From a virus (taxonomy: Duplodnaviria > Caudoviricetes): a DNA stretch of 35,605 nucleotides. How positions within the stretch are numbered: the stretch's first letter is position 1; every line of letters starts with the position of its first letter. Positions 9,924 through 18,535 of this stretch are shown one piece after another. The stretch covers positions 1-35,605 of the IMG/VR virus record IMGVR_UViG_3300032243_000269, one strand, 5' to 3'. The notes under the pieces are model-generated. The model saw nothing but the letters and a program-made list of their open reading frames with translations. It was not told where the DNA came from and did no database searches. A program made the translations under genes and the position numbers.

Positions 9924-10187
9924 TTATACTGCCCTTAACTTTTTCCTGTCATCTCCAGTAGTACCAGCCCAGTAGCCTGCCATCCTGTACTTAACAGCAT
10001 ACTCTAAGCAGGCAAGCTTAACAGAACATTGTTTGCAAATCTTATCTAATATGTCAGTGTCATAGTCTTCACCTTTATTTACAAACCAAGACTCGGTATC
10101 TGTGTTAGCACATCTAGCTTCTAACTTCCATTGTTCTTCTGCAGGGTCTATGTAGTTATTGTATTCATCTATATTAAAGTGCCCCAT
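9924..10187 (-). CDS. whiB: WhiB-family Fe-S transcription factor
   Basis: W...ARC...D...WF...ICKQCSVK..CLEYA....GYWAGT...R; four Cys plus the G-W-x-G turn; start moved to ATG 10187, coupled by TAATG to the upstream gene. Confidence 0.9.
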   Translation of the reverse strand: MGHFNIDEYNNYIDPAEEQWKLEARCANTDTESWFVNKGEDYDTDILDKICKQCSVKLACLEYAVKYRMAGYWAGTTGDDRKKLRAV

Positions 10188-10354
10188 TATCCGCCTGTCT
10201 TGTAGAAGCCACCTGTCTTGAAGATGGCCGGTATGGCAGACCATACCCTTGTCATACTTGTTTGGCAACATGTAGGTACAGACTCATTACCTATTTCTTT
10301 TGCTATCTCCTGTTGACTTGAACATACATCACATTTATAATCATAGGTAGGCAT
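10187..10354 (-). CDS. FmdB-like zinc-ribbon protein (55 aa)
   Basis: MPTYDYKCDVC...PTCC...MTRVWSA...FKTGGFYKTGG; below the ORF-track cutoff; TAATG overlaps at both ends. Confidence 0.85.
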   Translation of the reverse strand: MPTYDYKCDVCSSQQEIAKEIGNESVPTCCQTSMTRVWSAIPAIFKTGGFYKTGG

Positions 10355-10557
10355 TAATCACATCCGTCTACTTCAGTAGGAGCAGTGGCTAAGCTGCCAC
10401 AAAGGGCACACTCCATATCCAGAAAGTACATAGATATATTTTGCTCTTGAAACATTACTTTTAGATTCCATAACTGTGAGCCACAAGGACATACCTCTGT
10501 AGGTATGCCTCTGTAGTCAGCGTTATACTTCTTCTTGCTTCGTCTCTTGATTCTCAT
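10354..10557 (-). CDS. small Cys-rich (zinc-binding) protein
   Basis: DYRGIPT.VCPCG...YFLDMECALCGS..TAPT; basic N-terminus; ATG 10557 preferred. Confidence 0.7.
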   Translation of the reverse strand: MRIKRRSKKKYNADYRGIPTEVCPCGSQLWNLKVMFQEQNISMYFLDMECALCGSLATAPTEVDGCD

Positions 10558-11188
10558 CTTGAATATCCTGGTCAAAGTAAGCACGCCAACCGCCTAGGTT
10601 TTGTACTATAGAAGCCAAGGCTCTCTCGACTTTCTTACGTGCACCATCTGCACTGCTAGTACCCATATGTTCTGCCAGCTCAGACCATTCAGTCTGTTCA
10701 TTCATGTAACGAAGGCGCAGTATGTTTTGCTTGGATTCCGGCAATCTGTAGTAACCCTTAGCTATATCAGAACGTAGGGCAAGCCAGTTCATGCCATCAT
10801 TTATTGCGCCATTGTTAAACTTAAGATTTAAATCTTTAATCTTAGTAGGCATCTCATAACTCTCAGTAATAATTGAGGGCAGGAAAGCTTCAACGACTGA
10901 CACATCATAGTAATATAAATCTGTCAGGTCGTAGCCTTGATTCTTAGCTTTTTCTTTTTCACAATACTTAAGGCATTGATTACGTAATGACTTAGCCATA
11001 AGCTTGTTCTTATCCTTTTCATCAAGGGCGTCCCACTCTTTAAACTTATTAGGGTGGGTAACAAACCAGAGATACATCTCCTGTTGCAGGTCATCTACCT
11101 CAACCATAGGATATTTTTTCCTATACTCCGAGGCTATCTGTACCATCATGTCTTTATAATCTAACCATTTATTAATGTTGTATTTCAT
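10523..11188 (-). CDS. sigma-70/ECF-like RNA polymerase sigma factor
   Basis: Region-2-like DDLQQEMYLWF...LRNQCLKY and region-4 HTH LPESKQNILRLRY....WSELAEHMG.S....RKKVERAL. Confidence 0.8.
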   Translation of the reverse strand: MKYNINKWLDYKDMMVQIASEYRKKYPMVEVDDLQQEMYLWFVTHPNKFKEWDALDEKDKNKLMAKSLRNQCLKYCEKEKAKNQGYDLTDLYYYDVSVVEAFLPSIITESYEMPTKIKDLNLKFNNGAINDGMNWLALRSDIAKGYYRLPESKQNILRLRYMNEQTEWSELAEHMGTSSADGARKKVERALASIVQNLGGWRAYFDQDIQDENQETKQEEV

Positions 11189-11937
11189 GGAAGCTTGATG
11201 TCTCCATCGATAACAGGTACAGTATAAGGAATTACCTTGCGATTTTTTTCTACTAGAATACCTATGCCCTGTTGCCAGTTAGCTATACCAGAGGTTAAGT
11301 AACTTGCCTGCTTGATGTCCATAAGATGTCCGACTTCCATACCATATATGGTTTTATTCTTACCGTATAATCCAGTAGTCTCATGCTGTAGTCCCAGTTT
11401 GTGCGTGTGTCCACATACAACACTCTTACCTAGTTTCTTAGCTAATGACATAGCTGTACTTCCAGGAGTCTGTACTGACCTGCCCTCATCACCATGTGCC
11501 ATTACCCAACCAGGTAGAAGTTCTTTAAATTTATGCAGGTATTGTATGCCTAAAGAATGATACCCCAGAAGTTCTTCTATCTTGAGAGTATCAAGAGAGC
11601 CGAACGCTGGGGCATATTTTCTAATATATGTTTGTATTCTATCCGTATGATTAGACCTTTGAATAATAAACGGTTTGTTTCTGCCGAGTGCTGTTCTAAA
11701 GTCTGCCATTATGTTGTACGTTAAATCAATTGAATCTTGTAAGGTTGGTGCGTACTCACCAGCCATACCCTTATTCCAACGCGATGGTTCGGGTGCGTCT
11801 AGCTCATCACCCACGCACCACAATTCGTGGGGCTTGTACCACTTGATGAACTTCATTACTGCATTGACACTCTTGTCGTCTTGATAAGGTATCTGCAGGT
11901 CGCTCAAGACCACTATGCGACGTTGATGTGTTGCCAT
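11185..11937 (-). CDS. calcineurin-like metallophosphoesterase
   Basis: LSDLQ, VGDELD, SNHTDR, AHGD, GHTH motifs. Confidence 0.9.
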   Translation of the reverse strand: MATHQRRIVVLSDLQIPYQDDKSVNAVMKFIKWYKPHELWCVGDELDAPEPSRWNKGMAGEYAPTLQDSIDLTYNIMADFRTALGRNKPFIIQRSNHTDRIQTYIRKYAPAFGSLDTLKIEELLGYHSLGIQYLHKFKELLPGWVMAHGDEGRSVQTPGSTAMSLAKKLGKSVVCGHTHKLGLQHETTGLYGKNKTIYGMEVGHLMDIKQASYLTSGIANWQQGIGILVEKNRKVIPYTVPVIDGDIKLP

Positions 11938-12223
11938 TAGGCATGCCTTCCCATTGTCCGTTTTGAACCAATAGTCCTATTATGGCATAGTTTGCTAGGT
12001 CCATGAAGGAATCAGCAATGGATTCGTAGTTCGGCGTGTCGCCACCCTTCTCGTAAAGGTTGTTAATCCTTGCAAGTTTGTCGTACATTCGCACCCGTAG
12101 TCCATTGATAGCACCACCTGGTGCATTAGATATGTTCAATGGACCGTAATCTTGATGCTTCTTAAGCAGTAGATTCTTAAGCTCTGCAATGATTACATCT
12201 ATATTATGCTCCATGTTTTCCAT
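11807..12223 (-). CDS. DUF1599 / Nmad1-like (nucleotide-modification-associated) protein
   Basis: KKHQDYG..N......G..VRM.DKLARI.NL......ESIADS..DLANYAII. Confidence 0.8.
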   Translation of the reverse strand: MENMEHNIDVIIAELKNLLLKKHQDYGPLNISNAPGGAINGLRVRMYDKLARINNLYEKGGDTPNYESIADSFMDLANYAIIGLLVQNGQWEGMPNGNTSTSHSGLERPADTLSRRQECQCSNEVHQVVQAPRIVVRG

Positions 12224-12518
12224 TAAGTAATCCTTCCACGCTTAGCTCAAAGTTTCTCATGCCTTCATGAACCATTAGTTCTTCCCATACTCTATCGGCT
12301 TGACCCAATGGAGCGGCTACTAGTAGTGCTGCTAATCCTATTAGCAATTCTTGTGCTTGTTCCTTATCTTCTTTGTTGACATGGTAGATGTCATACAAAG
12401 CACCCAATATGTCAAGACCTTTATCTTCTGTTAACTGTATACCAACCGACTGGTCCATATGTTTAACGTGGTTCCATATACTTTCATTAAGAAGCAATAC
12501 AATTTCTGACTCGTTCAT
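12204..12518 (-). CDS. hypothetical helical protein
   Basis: 104-aa ORF tiling between neighbours in the operon. Confidence 0.65.
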   Translation of the reverse strand: MNESEIVLLLNESIWNHVKHMDQSVGIQLTEDKGLDILGALYDIYHVNKEDKEQAQELLIGLAALLVAAPLGQADRVWEELMVHEGMRNFELSVEGLLNGKHGA

Positions 12519-13116
12519 CTATCCATTCCTTTCCTAGTTTAATGAACACGCTATTTACGTCTTCACCTTCTGGCATTGCGATAACATTTGCGTTAGGCAA
12601 CTCTCTTGTTATCTTCTTGCCAAACTCTGCACCTGCTGTATCTCCGTCAGTTAATATGATAACCATATCGAAGTCATCTAGTATGCGTGAGTAGTGTGGC
12701 TTCCAGTTGTTAGCACCTGGAATACCTACCGTAGGGTGATTAGTTTTAACTGACATCATGATGCAGTCAAACTCTCCTTCGGTTACACATATGTATTTAG
12801 ATTGCACAAAGCATGCTGGTGTATTAAACATGGTTGTCTTTGCGCCTACCATTCCCATGTACTTAGGGTCTACATCTCCCATTGCACGGAAACGAATGTC
12901 AACTACACCGCTAGGTGTTATGTAAGGTATAGCTAATCTATTCTTAAAGCCCTCATGACCGGGCATAGGGTCAACTACTACCCCTAGATGAAATGTTTGT
13001 GCCTCTTCTACCGAGAGATGACGTGTTAGTAGATAATCTTTTGCCACCTCTACCTGAGAAGCGTACTGTTGGGTTGCCCGAAGTAGAAATTGTCTGTGCG
13101 AATTCGATAGCCTCAC
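12487..13116 (-). CDS. DNA primase, catalytic TOPRIM half
   Basis: RLAIPY, IRFR, PKY, VTEGEFD, GIPGA..W, DGDTAG, GEDVN. Confidence 0.9.
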   Translation of the reverse strand: MRLSNSHRQFLLRATQQYASQVEVAKDYLLTRHLSVEEAQTFHLGVVVDPMPGHEGFKNRLAIPYITPSGVVDIRFRAMGDVDPKYMGMVGAKTTMFNTPACFVQSKYICVTEGEFDCIMMSVKTNHPTVGIPGANNWKPHYSRILDDFDMVIILTDGDTAGAEFGKKITRELPNANVIAMPEGEDVNSVFIKLGKEWIDERVRNCIAS

Positions 13117-13333
13117 TTAATGTACCGCCCCTCTTCTCTTTTATTAAATCATATATGTCTCCAGCAACACCGCAACCATGACACTTAAACTTATTAAGTT
13201 CAAAATTAATTGCAGATGATGCAGTCCTATCTTCGTGGAAAGGACATCTCATCTTACGCCAGCCATGCCCATCTGATGGCAGGCTGGCACCTAGATAAGC
13301 TAAGTAATCACTTACCTTGTGCTTCTCTTCCAT
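12971..13333 (-). CDS. DNA primase, CHC2 zinc-finger half
   Basis: CPFHEDRTAS...FKCHGCG..GDIYDLI. Confidence 0.9.
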   Translation of the reverse strand: MEEKHKVSDYLAYLGASLPSDGHGWRKMRCPFHEDRTASSAINFELNKFKCHGCGVAGDIYDLIKEKRGGTLSEAIEFAQTISTSGNPTVRFSGRGGKRLSTNTSSLGRRGTNISSRGSS

Positions 13334-13664
13334 CAGTAACCTTCCTTAGTAAATTTATCCATACTTGAACGGGCATAGTGGCGTACCAATCGGATGGATT
13401 CCCCTTGCCTTTCCGCTTGTGTACCACTACACCTGTCCAAGCTTTATCATTAGCCATCTCGACTAATAATTCTTCTACCCACCCCGCCAAGTCCATCTTG
13501 GCGTGGTTTTTAATCTCTATTGTGACTCCAGGTATACCAGATATATCGCCCTTATCTAGTGTTGCACCAGCTAAGCGACGGTCTACATAAGGGAACCATT
13601 CTTTAAGATACTTTACTACATCACGTTCTGCTTGGCTACCTTTAGCTTTAGAAGCTGAACTCAT
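13308..13664 (-). CDS. Holliday junction resolvase (Hjc-like PD-(D/E)xK)
   Basis: KAKGSQAERDV..YL, DKGDI, IEIKN. Confidence 0.85.
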   Translation of the reverse strand: MSSASKAKGSQAERDVVKYLKEWFPYVDRRLAGATLDKGDISGIPGVTIEIKNHAKMDLAGWVEELLVEMANDKAWTGVVVHKRKGKGNPSDWYATMPVQVWINLLRKVTDGREAQGK

Positions 13665-14482
13665 ACTGGCATTTCTACTTGCTGATAATCTTTATACGTG
13701 TCTTCTAGATACATGGAACCTGGTTCAAAACTTAAGGTAACGTATGTGTTACCAGTTTGGTCAGCTTTACCATAACGATTCTTTACTGGTGCTACACATA
13801 GGTATGTATCTTTACCTTCATGCATTAGTTGTTGACCAACTGTTAATACCATAGCAGGTATCTGATTAACCATACCTTGTAGAGATGAGCGTGGTTGACA
13901 TGGTCTACCCTCGTATCCTTCTTTAGTATGGTGCAGTACCAACACACATGCATTGGTATCCCTTGCTAGGTACTTAAGTTCTTTCATTGCTGCTCGCATA
14001 CCAGAGAACTCTTCATGTCCATCCATTGAGATGTCCATTAGGTTATCAACAACTATAAGGGTAGGACTTCTACCCCACATAGTCTCGAATGCAGCAACCT
14101 CTTCATCTAAATCTTTAAGTGTAGGGCTAGGTTCAAATGACCAATACAAATGATTGTTGTTAGCGAGGATAGACTCAGCAGTATCTGGATTATGTTTTAA
14201 TAGATTCTCCGCTTGCTGTTGAGTCATCTTGCCTGACATAGCAATCAATCGCATAGCCATGGTATGTGCATTAGTATCAGCTGAGAAATATAATGTTGGT
14301 TGTTTTAATCTTGCAGCTATATGTAATGCAATAGAACTCTTACCAGCACCAGGAGTGCCAGCAATTACCGTAACTTCTGCACGTCTAAGTATCATACCGG
14401 CACGTTCAAAGGCTTGAAAGGGAGCCGGTAAAGGCTCCCCTCCTACCTCTGATTTACGTACGCTACGTCGTAGTGTCTTCAC
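13661..14482 (-). CDS. DnaB-like replicative helicase (ATPase domain only)
   Basis: Walker A AGTPGAGKS, Walker B LIVVDNL, VLVLHH, KNRYG. Confidence 0.85.
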   Translation of the reverse strand: MKTLRRSVRKSEVGGEPLPAPFQAFERAGMILRRAEVTVIAGTPGAGKSSIALHIAARLKQPTLYFSADTNAHTMAMRLIAMSGKMTQQQAENLLKHNPDTAESILANNNHLYWSFEPSPTLKDLDEEVAAFETMWGRSPTLIVVDNLMDISMDGHEEFSGMRAAMKELKYLARDTNACVLVLHHTKEGYEGRPCQPRSSLQGMVNQIPAMVLTVGQQLMHEGKDTYLCVAPVKNRYGKADQTGNTYVTLSFEPGSMYLEDTYKDYQQVEMPV

Positions 14483-14645
14483 TTATTTCACAATCTGTTT
14501 CTAGTTGTGTGCCACATTCTTCACATGTACTTGCTTCACATTCTATATCGGTATCATAATGTATATCACATTCGTCCCATATTATAGAAGCATTACAACA
14601 TTCAGATAGTTGTGGTGCCTCAGGAAAAGTTATTACTTCCCCCAT
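14463..14645 (-). CDS. small acidic Cys-rich protein
   Basis: SECCNA...CEECG; fills the gap in the operon. Confidence 0.55.
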   Translation of the reverse strand: MGEVITFPEAPQLSECCNASIIWDECDIHYDTDIECEASTCEECGTQLETDCEISEDTTT

Positions 14646-14647
14646 TG

Positions 14648-15085
14648 TTATTTGATTTTATCGGCTAAGAATGTATTCCACTCTGGCTCATGCTTAAGTA
14701 TATAGATAGTTTTACACTTATCTAATGCACCTCTAGCAGATGGGCAGAAGTATCCTTTGTAGATACCACCATCCTTGCTTGGACCTTGCAGTGCAGTCAT
14801 CTTACCGTGAGGACATGTGCGCCCCCCACCTAACGATTGTGTTGGAGGGGCTTGGTTAAAAGGCGGTATCTCCTGTGCATTGAACGCTTGCTTAGCGTAT
14901 GCAATAGCAGTCGGAGCTTGAGATGGCTTAGCTATAACTTCTAGTTCTGTTATAGCGGATTGAATACTTGCTAATGAGGTAGCAACTAATTGGTCTAGTT
15001 CCTCACCTGTGTTAGCACGTACTGTTAACTGCGTACCTGATGCAGTTCTTATGTTGATACTGATTGGTGCTTCTGTACTACTCAT
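14648..15085 (-). CDS. hypothetical replication-module protein with a C-terminal zinc-binding motif
   Basis: ATG 15085 after AAGGAG; CPHG.M......G..YKGYFC......C. Confidence 0.7.
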   Translation of the reverse strand: MSSTEAPISINIRTASGTQLTVRANTGEELDQLVATSLASIQSAITELEVIAKPSQAPTAIAYAKQAFNAQEIPPFNQAPPTQSLGGGRTCPHGKMTALQGPSKDGGIYKGYFCPSARGALDKCKTIYILKHEPEWNTFLADKIK

Positions 15086-15707
15086 GCTTCTCCTTTGGTG
15101 TATACCACTGACATTGTGCAGTATATCCACACATTATGCAATGGTCGAAGTTAGGTAAAAATATACCAGACTTCCTTGCCTTGTCAAACATATCTACCAA
15201 CGTCTCGACCTTGCTGTCATCCAGACCAGCAAGGTCGTGCGGTGGAGATAATTCTCCCTTACGTGCCATCCAGTAGTAACCCTTGGTTATGTTTAAACCA
15301 AACTGTTTACGGATTCCATATGCATAGAAGGCTAACTGTAATGAACTATGCGGTGTAGTTTTACCTGTTTTTAAATCTACGATTACATATTCTTTATTGA
15401 AGCTGTCATAAAACACACGGTCGATTGCCATCTTAACCGTCACACCATTAATTACCGGTGCTAATTCTAATTCGATTGCTAACGTCCCATCGTCCAGCTT
15501 AGCGATTGACATGTGAGTATTTTCCTCACGCCATTGCACCCAGTTCTCTAAGAACTTATAGCCATTGGTATACCACCAATCTCCATCCTCTGGGTTACGT
15601 GATTTAACCGCAGCCATACGCCAATTAGACGTGTCTGCTAGATTGTATTCATCACGTTCGTATGCAGTGGCTTGCCACCATGTATTCCAATGCTCTATTA
15701 GATTCAT
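15078..15707 (-). CDS. Cas4-like / RecB-family exonuclease, C-terminal part
   Basis: IELEL, IDRV, IVDLKTG, QLAFY, and terminal PN..C..C.Y...C. Confidence 0.85.
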   Translation of the reverse strand: MNLIEHWNTWWQATAYERDEYNLADTSNWRMAAVKSRNPEDGDWWYTNGYKFLENWVQWREENTHMSIAKLDDGTLAIELELAPVINGVTVKMAIDRVFYDSFNKEYVIVDLKTGKTTPHSSLQLAFYAYGIRKQFGLNITKGYYWMARKGELSPPHDLAGLDDSKVETLVDMFDKARKSGIFLPNFDHCIMCGYTAQCQWYTPKEKHE

Positions 15708-15850
15708 TTACATACCGTACAATAGTTAGTTACTCTTATGTTTCCATAACTAACATGGTATATGCGAGCACATCTATAACATACAACTTCCACTAGACTG
15801 TTTTTGTTTCTCTCTACAAAATAAAATGGATTACGAATCCTTAATCTCAA
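15704..15850 (-). CDS. 48-aa zinc-finger protein lying between the two exonuclease halves
   Basis: MRLRIRNPFYF...CYRC...YCTVCK; TTGA overlap upstream and ATGA overlap downstream; not in the ORF track. Confidence 0.7.
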   Translation of the reverse strand: MRLRIRNPFYFVERNKNSLVEVVCYRCARIYHVSYGNIRVTNYCTVCK

Positions 15851-16035
15851 GGGTTTAACCTATCCCATTCCTCAGTCGCTTTGTGTACGGCTGAACCTCC
15901 ATAGAACCACCATGCTGGTAGTTCAGCAATCTTTTGTACTCTGCTTAAATAATATTTCCATCCACATGACAACCACTCAGTAAGTGATGAGTATGAAACG
16001 TGTATAGGTAAATCGTGGTCATCAATCTTAATCAT
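15847..16035 (-). CDS. Cas4-like / RecB-family exonuclease, N-terminal part
   Basis: HVSYSSL..W..CGWKYYL.R.......W...GSAVH.A.E is the usual N-terminus of this family; AAGGAG RBS. Confidence 0.85.
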   Translation of the reverse strand: MIKIDDHDLPIHVSYSSLTEWLSCGWKYYLSRVQKIAELPAWWFYGGSAVHKATEEWDRLNP

Positions 16036-16050
16036 TGTACTCCTTAGTAA

Positions 16051-16091
16051 AGGCTGAACTAGGAGAAAGTAGAGAAAGCCTAGCCCAGCCT
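16051..16091 (-). terminator. 13-bp hairpin between the amidotransferase and replication genes (terminator or processing site)
   Basis: Minus-strand AGGCTGGGCTAGG / CCTAGTTCAGCCT with two G-U pairs, followed by only a short T-run. Confidence 0.5.
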
Positions 16092-16156
16092 ATACATTAT
16101 ACACCATGGAAAGGACACTAGAAAATGAACTAAACTAGTGCCTTATTAGTGTACCA

Positions 16157-17026
16157 CTAAAACGGGATAGCATCCTGTCTTAGTTTATTTGTGTGTCCTA
16201 CCCGCCCATTCGGGTACCCACACTGACATAGTTCAGCAACGTTCTCGCAATCAAAGCAAGCACCGCACCAAGTACATGTGCCCATAGAATCATAGAGGTC
16301 ACCCTCTGATACATAGCCAAGACAATTGAAACAAGTCTGTAATTCATCAGAGGTATAGATATCATTACTTACTGTAGTCTTAGTAGTTGACGGACCGTAG
16401 CCATCAAACCAACCACCGTAGTAGCCAGTAACATTTGACTTACCATAACTTGAATAGCCTAGGTTGCATGTATCGTTAGACCACCATACACCTGACTTAT
16501 CTTCTTTACCTGAGTCAGCATTAAGTAAATACATAGGGTGTTTAGCAGCAGGGTCAACGGTGATAACACATACCTTTGAACCAGATGTATAATCTTCTAG
16601 CATGTTCCAGATATAGTCATCATCTAGTGCGGTAACTCCGCCTAGTCTAGGCAATAACTCCTCAGCAAATACTTTAGTATCACTGCGGTCATCTTTATCT
16701 GGTATCTCAATAGGTAAGATACCGTTATGTCCAAGATAGGTACGGTCATCATGACCTACTGCAAACGGATGGCAATTTTCTAGTGTGCGAGAACCATGGG
16801 TAGCAAACCTAGCATGCCACATAGCGTAACCATCCTGATAGATAGCACGCTGTGCTAAGAACCTATTGATAGATTCATCTGCGTCCATGCTTTTTTCTAC
16901 TATGATTCTGTTCTCACTAGGTACGGCAATAGCAAAGCCAAAGCCGTGTGGATTATTCAATGCAGAGTTTTCCAACTTATCTCTAGATGGAGTAACTCCT
17001 GGTGGTGATACGCATAACATACACAT
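16157..17026 (-). CDS. class II (Ntn) glutamine amidotransferase with a C-terminal Cys cluster
   Basis: Cys at position 2, NPHGFG, HARFATHG, NCHPF, HNG, SDT. Confidence 0.9.
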   Translation of the reverse strand: MCMLCVSPPGVTPSRDKLENSALNNPHGFGFAIAVPSENRIIVEKSMDADESINRFLAQRAIYQDGYAMWHARFATHGSRTLENCHPFAVGHDDRTYLGHNGILPIEIPDKDDRSDTKVFAEELLPRLGGVTALDDDYIWNMLEDYTSGSKVCVITVDPAAKHPMYLLNADSGKEDKSGVWWSNDTCNLGYSSYGKSNVTGYYGGWFDGYGPSTTKTTVSNDIYTSDELQTCFNCLGYVSEGDLYDSMGTCTWCGACFDCENVAELCQCGYPNGRVGHTNKLRQDAIPF

Positions 17027-17028
17027 AA

Positions 17029-18351
17029 TTAATCTTCCCTACTTTCATTAGGTGAATCAGTATTGAACGAACGATTGATTGTCTCAAAGAGACTAGGATA
17101 CTTATCAGTATTGGAACTGATATAGCTTACATACTTTACCCAAGAGAATGGTTTATCTTTTGGAATTATCTTAAGTTCACGAGTATACTCAACTACTGAG
17201 TGTACAAACTCTAAGCCAGATAATATTCTAGGTATATGTAATGAGCCCTTGAATACACGAACTTCTAATGTATTGTCTGGCTCTACGTTGACGGCAGCAT
17301 ACCTACCGTTTGATTGACTCTTGTACTTAACCTTGGGAATAATCTTGCCTGCGTCAGAGAAGCTAGCATAGTTAGAACTACGACCGGCAATCCTCTGTAC
17401 TTGGCGTTCATTATCATAGATTAATTTGATGAACCTAATCTGGTGGTCATCATCATCAAATGCAGTACGACTTACATGTACGTGCAAACCACAAGTACTA
17501 GTGTTCCAAGACCTGAACCTTAACTTCTTAAGCTCAGTTAACATAGCCCAAGGAAAACTCTTTTGATATTCCTCAAGCGTGTGTGGGTGAGTAACAATCT
17601 CAAAGCCATTGACTAAAGAGCCATCACCTTTAAGATAACCACGATGTTTACGATTACGTATTGGATTCATAGCATTGTGTGCTAGTTCAGCACCTACTGC
17701 ATAGTTATCATTAGTATCTTCTACCTCTAACTCAAAGCCAAGGTAGTACTTACCTTCACCCCAAAATCTAGGGTCAGGTTTATAACTCCAGCTATGCACA
17801 AACTCGCTGTAGTTTCTAGTGCGACTATCACAACTATGACCGTCCTCTTCATTAAAGCAATCACCACAATCATCACACTCTATTTCACTGTTGTAACAAT
17901 CACGGCACCTGCTATCTTGATGTAACTCAGACCAGTATAAATCGTCTGCGTCACCAAACATTTGATTACATTCATCACATGATACATAATCTGGATTTGT
18001 TTCTTGCCAAATTGTTGTACATCCAGGGCAATACAATCTGCCATGAATGTATTCCATTTTTACTTTGGGTGTACCACCTGCGTGCCAACCACCCCAACGA
18101 CTACCCAAGAAATAGCGATTACATTCATCGCATTGTTGGCCACATCTTTTGTGACCATAAATTATTTCAAGTAAGTTATTTTCACCAGACACCCTCTTAG
18201 ATATTTCTACCTTTGAGTATCTATAATTCCAGACGGCATCGTTAACGCCACCTGTTATCTCTGGCTGTACATATATGTCATTACATACACCACACAAATC
18301 TTGTATGGTTTCGGTAACGACATTATTTGATGTCTCTACTACATCAGGCAT
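17029..18351 (-). CDS. putative amidoligase (COOH-NH2 ligase, GCS/GS fold) with N-terminal CxxC repeats
   Basis: GFELEVE, KGDGSL..GFEIVTHP, TCGLHVHVS, RYAAVN, TLEVRVFKGSL. Confidence 0.85.
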   Translation of the reverse strand: MPDVVETSNNVVTETIQDLCGVCNDIYVQPEITGGVNDAVWNYRYSKVEISKRVSGENNLLEIIYGHKRCGQQCDECNRYFLGSRWGGWHAGGTPKVKMEYIHGRLYCPGCTTIWQETNPDYVSCDECNQMFGDADDLYWSELHQDSRCRDCYNSEIECDDCGDCFNEEDGHSCDSRTRNYSEFVHSWSYKPDPRFWGEGKYYLGFELEVEDTNDNYAVGAELAHNAMNPIRNRKHRGYLKGDGSLVNGFEIVTHPHTLEEYQKSFPWAMLTELKKLRFRSWNTSTCGLHVHVSRTAFDDDDHQIRFIKLIYDNERQVQRIAGRSSNYASFSDAGKIIPKVKYKSQSNGRYAAVNVEPDNTLEVRVFKGSLHIPRILSGLEFVHSVVEYTRELKIIPKDKPFSWVKYVSYISSNTDKYPSLFETINRSFNTDSPNESRED

Positions 18352-18378
18352 TTCATTTCCTTTCTACTTTGTTAGTTG

Positions 18379-18519
18379 TTATTCTTCGTCGTCGATGAAC
18401 TCAATTTCATCATGCCCTTGAATAGCACAAATAAGTTCATCTACTTTACGTGCCCACTTACTAGCATTACCATCTACTCCTTCTAGAATGGCATCGCATT
18501 CAGCATTTGTGATACGCAT
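18379..18519 (-). CDS. small acidic protein (46 aa)
   Basis: ATG 18519 after an AGAAAGGAAA RBS; ends FIDDEE. Confidence 0.6.
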   Translation of the reverse strand: MRITNAECDAILEGVDGNASKWARKVDELICAIQGHDEIEFIDDEE

Positions 18520-18535
18520 TTTATTTCCTTTCTGT

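Noticed and set aside
9924-10271. Longer whiB start at 10271
   Set aside because: It would overlap the FmdB-like gene; ATG 10187 is coupled to that gene's stop
15078-16035. Cas4-like gene as part of a CRISPR-Cas system; the insert as an intron
   Set aside because: No other cas genes or array. The 140-bp insert is too short for a group I/II intron and is a cleanly coupled ORF
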